A DNA stretch of 48,405 nucleotides from Pseudomonadota bacterium (lineage in GTDB: Bacteria > Bdellovibrionota_B > Oligoflexia > Silvanigrellales > Silvanigrellaceae). The stretch's first letter is position 1. Each line of letters opens with the position of its first letter. A program made the translations under genes and the position numbers. Positions 36,385 through 45,279 of the stretch are shown here, one piece after another. The DNA lies in the NCBI GenBank assembly GCA_039799905.1, contig JBDLRP010000025.1, positions 1 to 48,405 of the forward strand, given 5' to 3'. The notes under the pieces were generated by a model, which was not told the DNA's origin, ran no database searches, and saw only the letters and a list, made by a program, of their open reading frames with translations.

Positions 36385-37032
36385 TTAGCCTGCCGGACAG
36401 GTCAGCCATCCCATGGTTGCGTAGAACTTAACGTCGTATTGGTCTGCACTGAGCAGCAGGTTTTGCCTGTCGTTCTGTTTGTTACCTTGAACGACGAGCC
36501 GTGAGGTAAAGAGACCGACTGGATTAAAGGCTGGCAAACACCACATTGCAGGGCCGGGTGCAGAAACAAGAAAGTGATTGGTTGTCTGACGGAAGGCAGC
36601 CGGATTATTGAAGGTCGTGCCGTAGGGCAAATTGACCACCAACGGATTCACAGGCAAGCCAAAGAACGTCCCCTGAGTGGCGATGCTGGCCGATGCTCCA
36701 GCGCTCTTGATGCCGCCGTAATAGATCGTCTGCTGCAAATTGGCCGCGTAATACCCGCGGGCAATCTGTGCGGGCACCGCGATGGTACATGCCTTGCGCG
36801 CAGCGTACGGGAGACCCGAGTTTGCCGGCAGGTCGACACCCAAATTGGAAAAAATGAATTGCACCTGATCGCCTGCGGCAATGACAACCGTATCGCGGCC
36901 CATCACGCAACCGGTCCCATTGGCGACGGCCTGTTCGACCTTCCAGTGGGCGGTTTGTGCAACAGCAGTGACAGATGGCAACAGAGAGGCGACAACTCCA
37001 AGCGTGCAAAGACTAATTGTAGATTTTTTCAT
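36385..37032 (-). CDS. secreted DUF4360-family protein
   Basis: AGGAGG RBS, signal peptide, ANGTGC...ARKACTIAVP..IARGY, terminal WLTC. Confidence 0.65.
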   Translation of the reverse strand: MKKSTISLCTLGVVASLLPSVTAVAQTAHWKVEQAVANGTGCVMGRDTVVIAAGDQVQFIFSNLGVDLPANSGLPYAARKACTIAVPAQIARGYYAANLQQTIYYGGIKSAGASASIATQGTFFGLPVNPLVVNLPYGTTFNNPAAFRQTTNHFLVSAPGPAMWCLPAFNPVGLFTSRLVVQGNKQNDRQNLLLSADQYDVKFYATMGWLTCPAG

Positions 37033-37326
37033 AAATTCCTCCTTTTTTTGCCGACAGGCTGCAACCTTGCAGCGCTGCAGCAGAGTACCCAAAGGAAGTT
37101 TCTTCTTCTCAAGCCAAAGTTTCTTTGGTGCAAATGTCTCTCTGGGTCTTTTTGTTGATAACTCAGCTACTTTTGTGGGATTTGAGGCGGCTTCAGCGTT
37201 TTTTTCATGAAAAATTTGAAATTTCTGCTTCCATGTTTCGTTACGTCACTCACATCACATTTGCGTTACTGACTTAAGCAGTTTGTAATGTTACTCACTC
37301 CAGTTAACACAAGTTATCAGTCTTTC

Positions 37327-37354
37327 AGTTTTGATAACTTACATTATGTTGCAA
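37327..37354 (+). other. candidate dif (XerCD) recombination site
   Basis: AGTTTTGATAA-CTTACA-TTATGTTGCAA versus E. coli GGTGCGCATAA-TGTATA-TTATGTTAAAT; located in an AT-rich intergenic region. Confidence 0.5.
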
Positions 37355-37496
37355 GAGTCTGATTACCGACCAGGGAATTCACAAGGCAGTAAAAAAGCCC
37401 CTGAAAAAAGACACAGAAGCAATATTCTCGTTGGGAATTAGAGTTACAAAAAGACCAGCAAATGCACACTGGTAATGCAAAAAGAATGCTGCTCTC

Positions 37497-37529
37497 AAAA
37501 TTGCTGGCACGACGCATGAGCCAGCAATT
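37497..37529 (-). terminator. intrinsic terminator candidate
   Basis: aattgctggc/gccagcaatt 10-bp inverted repeat with a short T run on the minus strand, downstream of the 38015 gene. Confidence 0.6.
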
Positions 37530-37562
37530 CCATCCTGAACGTGATCCGTTGCCATCGAGTAC

Positions 37563-38015
37563 TCAGTAAAGACTGCCTACCCGAGTGCAGGAATCTGCAA
37601 ATGAGCCACTGCAGACAACCACCGGATAAGGCGGCGCGCTGGAAAATGAATCTTGGCATGACCAAGCATGCGCACCGGAGTCAGTACAACCGAGGTGCTT
37701 TGGAGACAAAACATCGCGTCCGGATACGTCGCAGGCATTAATCGGCGCACTTGTTTCAGAACACGCATTAATGCGCACAGTTCCGGCCGCGCCCTCGACA
37801 CGCACGCTGACTGCACCAACACCTCCACCGGTGCTGCCGTTGCCATTTGTAACAGTTTCAGTGCGCGTGGACTGGCTCGTACAAATGCCGTTGATGCACG
37901 TTTCGGTGCGAGTCGTAGTTTCAGAACGCTCTTGCGAAAATGCACAACCGGCCGCCGTGATCAGCAAGCCGGTTGAAATTAAACAAAAGACTGGAAATTT
38001 AAACTGCACTTTCAT
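37563..38015 (-). CDS. small Cys-rich hypothetical lipoprotein
   Basis: GGAGG RBS, lipobox AAGC, and 8 further Cys in the mature chain. Confidence 0.7.
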   Translation of the reverse strand: MKVQFKFPVFCLISTGLLITAAGCAFSQERSETTTRTETCINGICTSQSTRTETVTNGNGSTGGGVGAVSVRVEGAAGTVRINACSETSAPINACDVSGRDVLSPKHLGCTDSGAHAWSCQDSFSSAPPYPVVVCSGSFADSCTRVGSLY

Positions 38016-38043
38016 AGGGAATCAACCTCCAAGCAATGTGAGC

Positions 38044-38071
38044 CTGTCGGCCGTTCCCAGAGATTACTTGA
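38044..38071 (-). promoter_or_regulatory. sigma28-like promoter
   Basis: TCAA-N16-GCCGACAG upstream of ATG 38015. Confidence 0.6.
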
Positions 38072-38076
38072 AAAAA

Positions 38077-38589
38077 TCAGCCGCCGCCGATCTTTTTCAT
38101 TGTAATTTCAAATTTTTCGCCATTTTTTGTCGGGTTAATTTTGCATTTATCGTAAGTCGGAGCACCCGTCAGCGGCGGATTCTGCGTAAAGCCAAACGGC
38201 TCGTCCGGAACCTGAATGCCGAAGATGCTGCGAGTATCGAGTTTTCCATTAAGATTAATATCCTCAAACAAACTCACAACGTAACCATCCTGCGAGGGGG
38301 GAAGATTTTCAATTAAAAAGGATTCAATTGAACTGGTCACGTCTTTACATCCATTCAACACCACAGCGCTGGGGTCTGATGGAAATCCCTGTGGCCCGGC
38401 AAAAACGGCATAACAAATCTGCGATCTTTTCCCGGGTGTTTGAGCACCGCGCAAATTCTTCACCACAACAGAGATGTATTGGACAGATTCATGATTGAGA
38501 GATTGCAGCGCCGAAGGCTCTTCACCTTGGCAGCCTGACAATAAAAGGGATACCGATAACGACGCTGACACAGCCGAAAACTTCAACAT
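38077..38589 (-). CDS. DUF2141-family lipoprotein
   Basis: Lipobox LSGC; YVVSLFEDINLNGKLD...FGI.VPDEPFGFTQNP. Confidence 0.8.
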   Translation of the reverse strand: MLKFSAVSASLSVSLLLSGCQGEEPSALQSLNHESVQYISVVVKNLRGAQTPGKRSQICYAVFAGPQGFPSDPSAVVLNGCKDVTSSIESFLIENLPPSQDGYVVSLFEDINLNGKLDTRSIFGIQVPDEPFGFTQNPPLTGAPTYDKCKINPTKNGEKFEITMKKIGGG

Positions 38590-38665
38590 TGATGTACACC
38601 TCCAGTAGAGCCCGCTAGAAGTGTACATCAATACCTGAGCAGAAAACCAGTTGAGAGCACTTGAA

Positions 38666-39025
38666 TTAAGAACGCGGGTTTCTCAACAACAATGTGTAGC
38701 CGCCTTTGATGAGCACCTCGAGCTCGCAAGAACTTTTGTATTCAGCAACATCACGGTTCGCCTTGTTCAGCACATAGCCGAAAGCTTGTGCACATTTCTT
38801 GGGTTTCTCTGGCAGATATCCCTGCTCAATGAGATCGTTGTACTCACAAAGGTCACGCGTGATGACCTCTTCGCCCGTTTGCGGATGAAAAACGGAAGAC
38901 ATCATATCAGCACAGAAACGCGGTTCGGTGCTGCCGACAGCGCCTGTGATTGCAAATGCGGAATTAGGAACAACCGCGGACAAAGCGAACAAACAAGAAA
39001 ACACCAAAGTAATACGTGCGAACAT
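38666..39025 (-). CDS. small secreted protein with two Cys-bounded repeats
   Basis: GAGGAGG RBS, signal peptide (AFA), and two CA-x20-C-E-x7-GY units. Confidence 0.7.
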   Translation of the reverse strand: MFARITLVFSCLFALSAVVPNSAFAITGAVGSTEPRFCADMMSSVFHPQTGEEVITRDLCEYNDLIEQGYLPEKPKKCAQAFGYVLNKANRDVAEYKSSCELEVLIKGGYTLLLRNPRS

Positions 39026-39189
39026 TTTCAACCTCCTCGAAGACACGCTGCGAAATTGCCCGTGTTCAACAAGGAGACTTCTACAAAACCCATACGATAA
39101 CTTAAACGAATATTTTTACATACGTGATATGCAAATAGATTATATCATTAAACTCAAAGGCCTGTATTAATTACCAAAAAATAATCAAA

Positions 39190-40911
39190 TTAGAGCATCA
39201 TTTCAGGTTCCAGAGAGCGCCCAGTCATCCAAGTCGGGGCTGCGTGCCCAAGAATTCCCAACAACGTCGGAACAACATCGTCTGCAAAGACATCTTTATT
39301 GATCGTCTTTCCACGCGGAATCTTCCAACCGGAAAAAATTATCGGAATACGTGTGTCTTCATCAAATGCCGTGCCGTGATTGGCAGCAACATAGCTTCCC
39401 CAAAGCCATCCTGCATGCGTCAGAATCTTCAAATCACCGGAACGCTGCGGATCGTGACCGCGGGCAAACAAACCAGCCTCTGGCGTCTTTGCGTTGGTGA
39501 AATCGGCTTCACTCAGAACTCCCCGAACACCGCCAATCTTTGTCAGCGCGTTGCTGAGCACCGAAGCTACGTCGCCTCGCGAAACTCTGAATTTTTCAAG
39601 CGTGGAAGCGCGCAGGTACACCTCAGAAGTCGAAATCGCTTCAATCCACTGTCCTTCGCCAAAGCGCGCGCGCAAAGCGGATTCGGCCGCAGCCATGATT
39701 TCATCTTTGTCCAGCTTGCCCAACTCAACTCCGCGCGAGCGCAGGACTTCAGGCAAGGTCTGCACACCATGGTCCGAGGAAACAACATAGAGTACCGATT
39801 GCCTTCCGAAACGCACGTCGAGTTCACGCATCAGGCGGGCGACACTTTTATTGAGCTTGACGTAGACGTCCATGAGTTCCGGACTCTCACCGCCGAACGA
39901 ATGGCCGACGAGATCGGGGGTTGAAAAACTCACCGTCAGCAAATCTGGAAACGTTCCCCGCCGGCAAGTCTTTACTGGTGAACGAGACGCGCAACCAAGG
40001 CGTTCCTGACGCACACCCTCAATTGCGAAGTCGACCAAAAAATCATTTGCAGCTGGCGTCAGTTCAAAAAAACTGCGACCGCCGATTCCCTTGCTGGCCG
40101 CCATTTCGTAGGGAAAACCGGCACCAAAGCGCTGGGAGAACGAACTTCTCACCGTCAGTGCAGAACGTAACGCGGGATCCACAAGATAGGCCTGCATTTG
40201 TGCGATTGAAAACAAAGGACGCCAAGGTTGCGGCGCACGCTGTGAAGACTTGAGGTTGAAAGCATCAACCCAAGCAGGAAGTGCCGGCGTAAATGCAGTG
40301 CTGCTGACCATCGATCCTGATTTTGCTTCGTACCAATACGTGCCGGAAGAGCCAGCACCCGCGCAAAAAATAGCCCCCCGATCTTTCAAAGAGATTGAAA
40401 GCGTTCTGGCACCGCCTCCGCTCAAACTGTGCATCACATCCGAGAGCGAGCCGGTCTTGCGCAGGCGTGCGCTTTTTCCTTCGTCAGGAGAATTGGACAG
40501 CGGATCACTTGCCAGCAGTTGCTTGGTTGAAACCAGTCGGGCCTGTGGATCGAAGGTGGCTTCGACATTTCTCTTGGACTCCCTGTCGTAAAGGCTGTTG
40601 CCAACAACACCGTGTCGGGCTGGGGTCGTTCCGGTGCAGAGCGTTGCGTGTCCTGCCGCCGTAACCGATGGAGCACTTGCCGTGCGCGCTTGCAAAAACA
40701 CACTTCCAGTTGTCTGCAATTGCAACAACCCCTCTTCCCGACCCGAATTGGATGCGCGCATCGCCGAAGCAAAACGGCCCAACAGATCGGCGCGCATCTG
40801 ATCCACCATGATAAGCACAATGAGACGAGGACTTTTACCTTCGCGAACCTGCGCCCAAGCCGGCAGCGAAACGCCGAGAGCCAGCACAAAAGCAGAAAAT
40901 TTGAACAACAT
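39190..40911 (-). CDS. alkaline phosphatase superfamily protein (PafA/nucleotide pyrophosphatase type)
   Basis: VDQMR, VTAAGHAT (nucleophile Thr), SLKDR, DLVGH.FG, SDHG and NHG; signal peptide from ATG 40911. Confidence 0.9.
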   Translation of the reverse strand: MLFKFSAFVLALGVSLPAWAQVREGKSPRLIVLIMVDQMRADLLGRFASAMRASNSGREEGLLQLQTTGSVFLQARTASAPSVTAAGHATLCTGTTPARHGVVGNSLYDRESKRNVEATFDPQARLVSTKQLLASDPLSNSPDEGKSARLRKTGSLSDVMHSLSGGGARTLSISLKDRGAIFCAGAGSSGTYWYEAKSGSMVSSTAFTPALPAWVDAFNLKSSQRAPQPWRPLFSIAQMQAYLVDPALRSALTVRSSFSQRFGAGFPYEMAASKGIGGRSFFELTPAANDFLVDFAIEGVRQERLGCASRSPVKTCRRGTFPDLLTVSFSTPDLVGHSFGGESPELMDVYVKLNKSVARLMRELDVRFGRQSVLYVVSSDHGVQTLPEVLRSRGVELGKLDKDEIMAAAESALRARFGEGQWIEAISTSEVYLRASTLEKFRVSRGDVASVLSNALTKIGGVRGVLSEADFTNAKTPEAGLFARGHDPQRSGDLKILTHAGWLWGSYVAANHGTAFDEDTRIPIIFSGWKIPRGKTINKDVFADDVVPTLLGILGHAAPTWMTGRSLEPEMML

Positions 40912-40999
40912 ATTGCTGCCTTCAAATGAGGGGGTAATCGACGTCATACAAAACATTAGTGCGCAAACACCCGAATCTATTCATTTATCAGAGTTTTCT

Positions 41000-41026
41000 T
41001 AAAAACACCAAGTACATATCCGAATC
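41000..41026 (+). promoter_or_regulatory. sigma28-like promoter
   Basis: TAAA-N15-TCCGAATC upstream of ATG 41056. Confidence 0.5.
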
Positions 41027-41055
41027 GTACATCAGGGAAGTATTGGAGGAGCAAC

Positions 41056-41883
41056 ATGTCTGTTCAATCTTTTAAGGTTGCTGTATTGACCGTACTGCTG
41101 CTCTCCGCTTGTGGTGCACCACAATACACGTCCACGACGCCTGACAAAAAACCACGCAAGAACACTGCTGCCAATGCAGAGCAAATTGCGGTCATCAGTC
41201 CAAACAAACAAATCAAAGCTGCAGAAAAAGAAAATGTTTCGAAAGAGCCCAAGGCCGCTGAAGCTGCGCCAGAACAAGTGAGCGGCGCAATTGCCGTAAA
41301 GGGGCAGAGCCTCGATTTGCATGCGATTGTCGACATTTCTGGTTCATTGAAAACGAACGATTCAAACTGCAAACGATTTGAAGCACTCAAGGTCTTCTTT
41401 AAAGAATTAAAAACAACCTTGGGAGAAAATGCCGATGCGAGGCTTTCGCTGACAGTTTTCAGCTCGGAGGCCAAATTTGTGGGCACCGAAGAAGGATTTT
41501 TGAATCTGAGTGACCAGGAATTCGATGCAAAGTACAAAGGAACCATCTGCAGCAACAGCGGCAATACCTATGCCGCTCAGGCCTTCAATATTGCAGCTGG
41601 CAAAGCACAGGAGCTGATTAACTCATCGCCGAAAAAAGTCACCAGCGCCCTCATCTTCACAGACGGCATCCCCAATGTCGTATCGATGGAAGTCACGCTT
41701 CAAGAGGCTGCAAAGCTCAGAGGCGTCTTTCCAGACCGTGTCTTCGGAATTCTTTTGAAAGGCAGTTTGTTCTTCGGCGCAAATTCGAAATTCCTCGTGG
41801 ATGTAACCGGCTCCGCGGATCGGGTTCGTGAAGTCGGACAGGTCGATGATTTAGCCAATGCGCTCAACAGCTTCCTTAAATAG
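41056..41883 (+). CDS. VWA-domain lipoprotein
   Basis: Lipobox LSAC, MIDAS motif DISGS, G.T and IFTDG.P. Confidence 0.85.
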   Translation: MSVQSFKVAVLTVLLLSACGAPQYTSTTPDKKPRKNTAANAEQIAVISPNKQIKAAEKENVSKEPKAAEAAPEQVSGAIAVKGQSLDLHAIVDISGSLKTNDSNCKRFEALKVFFKELKTTLGENADARLSLTVFSSEAKFVGTEEGFLNLSDQEFDAKYKGTICSNSGNTYAAQAFNIAAGKAQELINSSPKKVTSALIFTDGIPNVVSMEVTLQEAAKLRGVFPDRVFGILLKGSLFFGANSKFLVDVTGSADRVREVGQVDDLANALNSFLK

Positions 41884-41999
41884 ATTCCTTACAAGGCTTT
41901 TGCTATGCGGCAGTGCTGTTTGCATTCTTCGCCGCCGGTCTGGCACTCGGATACGTTTTTCAAAAGGACGTGATAGTCTATGAGCAGAGAGGTCTGCCC

Positions 42000-43118
42000 A
42001 TGGCGAAACGCGTTTCAACATTACCTGTATCGCAACCCGCAGCGATTCTTGGTGCTGGCGAAAAAACAGATCTGCTCACATGGGCTTGCGAAAAGCTGAC
42101 TGCAAACATCACCGACGTTGTCGGGCATTTTCTTCTTGCGCAGCGCTCTGCTCACACCCGCAGCGCCTACAAGCGCGACATATTGGAATTTCTCGATTTC
42201 ATGCACAGCTTGGGCCGAACGCCTCTGCTGGTCGGGGACATTTGCGAGAGGTCCATTCTCCTTTGGAAGGACGAGCTTTCACGAAGACACACGCGTTTCA
42301 GTGACACAAAAAGGCGTATTGCAAATTCATCCGTCGCAAGAAAACTCTGCACCCTTTCCTCTTTGCTGGATTTTGCGCTCAAACGAAAATTGATCGAAGA
42401 AAACCCCTTGATGAGGGTCAACCGCCCAAAAGTTCGCAGGCAGAGTCATGCAAGCGTGCTCAGTGCGGATGAACTGATGCAGATTCTCAACGCCAGTCGG
42501 GAGCACCTGCAGGGCATCCGTATCTCTGCGCCGGCTGAAGTTTCCGCCCTTGCACTTTGGCAGCGCAAACTGCGCGCGGCGGAAATGGAATGGTGTATTT
42601 TGGTGCTGCTATTTACTGTTGGCATGCGCGTCAGCGAGCTATGTCAGCTGACAATCAAAGACCTAATTCCGGACGGTGATCTTCTGCGCCTGAGGCTGGT
42701 CACCAAAGGAGCCCGCAAACACGTGCCGCTCATCCATCCCGAGAGCGCAAAAATTCTTATGTCTTTTGTGGAACGCCACCGCGGCCAAGCTGCTCCGGAT
42801 GAACCTGTCTTCCCTGCCGGACGCAACAACAGCATCGATGAAAGAGTGCCCCTGCACCGCAGCACGGTTTTTCGCATGGTGCGGCAGGCGGCCATCCGCG
42901 CAGGCATTCAAAGAAACTTTTCACCCCACGGCTGTCGTGCAACTCTGGCCACGCAGCTTCATCTGGAGGAAGTTCCAGTCGTTGAAATCCAATCATTGCT
43001 CAACCATGCTCAGGTCACGACCACACAGCTTTATCTGCACAGGGTCGACGCACTCAAAGAGTCTGCCGCACTGCGCCTGCCATGGGTAAATTCTTCCCAC
43101 ACTAAAGATGGTGAATGA
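42000..43118 (+). CDS. tyrosine recombinase (XerC/XerD-like)
   Basis: SAHTRSAYKRDI, SVARKL..LSS, catalytic R (GMRVSEL), K (TKG), HGCR, LNH and TTQLY. Alternative GTG start at 41913. Confidence 0.9.
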   Translation: MAKRVSTLPVSQPAAILGAGEKTDLLTWACEKLTANITDVVGHFLLAQRSAHTRSAYKRDILEFLDFMHSLGRTPLLVGDICERSILLWKDELSRRHTRFSDTKRRIANSSVARKLCTLSSLLDFALKRKLIEENPLMRVNRPKVRRQSHASVLSADELMQILNASREHLQGIRISAPAEVSALALWQRKLRAAEMEWCILVLLFTVGMRVSELCQLTIKDLIPDGDLLRLRLVTKGARKHVPLIHPESAKILMSFVERHRGQAAPDEPVFPAGRNNSIDERVPLHRSTVFRMVRQAAIRAGIQRNFSPHGCRATLATQLHLEEVPVVEIQSLLNHAQVTTTQLYLHRVDALKESAALRLPWVNSSHTKDGE

Positions 43119-43201
43119 ATCTTCTTGCAGCACCGACCACAGCACAGCATTGTGGGTAAAGTTCTCCGCTTCACCGATGCCCGATCGGGTAAAATTCAAG
43201 T

Positions 43202-44590
43202 GTGAAAAGCAAAACAAACAACATCAAAGATGCTTGTATTCGGCGTTTTACAAAACGTCGCTGGTGCCGGCTTGCATGGACTGCAACCGCGCTTAACGTT
43301 GTTCCGCAGATGGCAAAGGCCGATCTCTTCCATTATTCAAATCTGCTAATAGGACAAAGAGCCATCGGTCTTGGCGGTGCTTTTACGGCTTTGTCCGATG
43401 ACACGTCGGGGCTGTATTACAACCCCGCCGGACTTGCGCTGCAATCGTCCTCCGAGCTCAGCGGCTCAATAAACTCATTTTACCTCAAGAAGAACACCTT
43501 CGAGCGCGTGTTCGGCGAGAAACAATTCGAAGAAAGTGCCCGCGGAAACGTATCTTCATTCTTTGGCCTATCCAAAAAAATTTCCCCGCCCCTGCTGGGA
43601 AACATTTCGATTGGGCTTGCATTTATCAACCCCGATACCTCGCTGAGCAATGAAAACATCCTGATCGAAAACGAACCCGACCCCAACGTGGTGCGTTATC
43701 ATCGCGCGGCAAACATCAGAAGCGGGTCATCGCAGGTGATTGTCGGCGCGGCGAAAAAAATCGGCAAGGAAAGCGCGCTCGGCTGCGCTGGCTCATATCT
43801 TGACGTCGACGAGCTGGAGCAAACGTATCAGGACGTCGTTCAGGGCCCCTTTCTCTCGAAAGACCTGCCGTCCACCAACATCTACTCAAGCCTCGGACAA
43901 AATTTGCGAACTCACCTTGTAATCCGCGGCGGTGGTCTGCGCTGCGGCTTTCGAACGGGCTTCGATAGTGGATTTAAACTAGGCATTTCTTATCAGAAAA
44001 CAGAAATCGTTTACCAAAATTTTGAATACGATTTTGAAATAAATAAAGTGTACACGAACAGCGAAGGCAAGGTGGTCGCAGCCGACAACAGCGAAGAAAC
44101 CATACTCAGCGGCAAACTCCAACGCGAAGCTGTGCGCACTCAGAGCCAAAATTTCATTTCGCTTTGGCCCGACGAACTGCGAATTGGAATAGCATTTCAG
44201 CCCTACAAAGCCCTGACGTTGACTGCCGATGCGGTCCGCTTTGGTGCGGGTGATGGAGGAACTGTTAGAGTCAAGCGCGGTGAGGTCATCAATTTTGCGG
44301 TAGGTTCGGAGCTGCTGCTCGCAAATACCTTGTTTTTCCGCGCCGGCGTTTTCACCAACAATGATGCAACCCCGACGCGCGACTTATCATCTGCCAACCA
44401 GCGTAAGGAATACATGGACTATCGCGGTGCCTCTTTTTCAACAGGGCTCAAACTGCGAATTGGCGATTATGGTCTTCATTATGTTGAGCAGCGCGGCCAA
44501 GGAATGGCAGAGAAGGTCGCCGGCAAGCGCAATGTTTCGAGCGGACGGCTGCAGGTTATCTCGATTTCAGCCACGCAATCATTCCAATGA
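43202..44590 (+). CDS. FadL/OmpP1-family outer-membrane transporter
   Basis: GQRAIGLGGAFTALSDDTSGLYYNPAGL hatch motif, beta-strands and a subterminal Phe. Confidence 0.8.
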   Translation: MKSKTNNIKDACIRRFTKRRWCRLAWTATALNVVPQMAKADLFHYSNLLIGQRAIGLGGAFTALSDDTSGLYYNPAGLALQSSSELSGSINSFYLKKNTFERVFGEKQFEESARGNVSSFFGLSKKISPPLLGNISIGLAFINPDTSLSNENILIENEPDPNVVRYHRAANIRSGSSQVIVGAAKKIGKESALGCAGSYLDVDELEQTYQDVVQGPFLSKDLPSTNIYSSLGQNLRTHLVIRGGGLRCGFRTGFDSGFKLGISYQKTEIVYQNFEYDFEINKVYTNSEGKVVAADNSEETILSGKLQREAVRTQSQNFISLWPDELRIGIAFQPYKALTLTADAVRFGAGDGGTVRVKRGEVINFAVGSELLLANTLFFRAGVFTNNDATPTRDLSSANQRKEYMDYRGASFSTGLKLRIGDYGLHYVEQRGQGMAEKVAGKRNVSSGRLQVISISATQSFQ

Positions 44591-44653
44591 CGATGCCAGT
44601 TGATAGCCCCGCCGCATTTATGACATATTGGTAAGACATTTTCTTTTCATCTG

Positions 44654-45268
44654 ATGATTGGGGTGTTTACCTTGAAACTCTTCACACATTGCGCGCTGAT
44701 TATAACCATCAGTTCGGTGTCTGTCGCAGCTGCAGGCAGTGATATCTCAATGAACGTCGGAACAACAGCAGATGACGTCGTGCAGCAGACAATTGCAAAC
44801 GTTTCGGGACAGGATTTTAGTGATTTCTATACAAACGAATATAACTACAAACAGGTCTACCGGAACGTTATGTCCTGGTTTGGTGGCACGAGCAACGGCT
44901 GTGTGGCCTTTGCCTCCACTGCGCTGCGATTCCTGGGCGTGAACGTTCCTCAAAATGGACTATGGAATGGCGAGCGGGTGTCGCTTCTGACGAAGCCCTT
45001 CTCAGCTTATCTGCAAGACAAACTGGGCTGGACTCGAGTCACTCAATCCAAAGAATTGCGGCCGGGAGATTTGGTTTTCACGGTCGACGAACCCAAGGCC
45101 CCGGGGTATCCGGCGCACGTGTTCATGCATGCCGGTTACGAAGATGCCGCGCGCTTGATTTCGCTTGCCGTCGACAATCAGGAATTCACCCACCCCCGTG
45201 CACTGGCGGGCGACGTCAAAAAGGATTATTCTGCCTTCGCGTATGCGCTGCGTTCACCCATTGATTGA
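44654..45268 (+). CDS. secreted NlpC/P60-superfamily (papain-like) putative peptidoglycan hydrolase
   Basis: Signal peptide; NGCVAFAS (Cys), LRPGDLVF, PAHV (His), VDNQ. Start may be TTG 44672. Confidence 0.65.
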   Translation: MIGVFTLKLFTHCALIITISSVSVAAAGSDISMNVGTTADDVVQQTIANVSGQDFSDFYTNEYNYKQVYRNVMSWFGGTSNGCVAFASTALRFLGVNVPQNGLWNGERVSLLTKPFSAYLQDKLGWTRVTQSKELRPGDLVFTVDEPKAPGYPAHVFMHAGYEDAARLISLAVDNQEFTHPRALAGDVKKDYSAFAYALRSPID

Positions 45269-45279
45269 CGGGATCGGAC

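Noticed and set aside
39110..39140. Imperfect palindrome ttacata-cgtga-tatgcaa
   Set aside because: Short and mismatched in very AT-rich DNA; plausible by chance.
43157..43180. sigma28 promoter upstream of the FadL-like gene (TAAAGTT...ACCGATGC)
   Set aside because: The spacer is only 12 nt, against 15-16 in the other sites.
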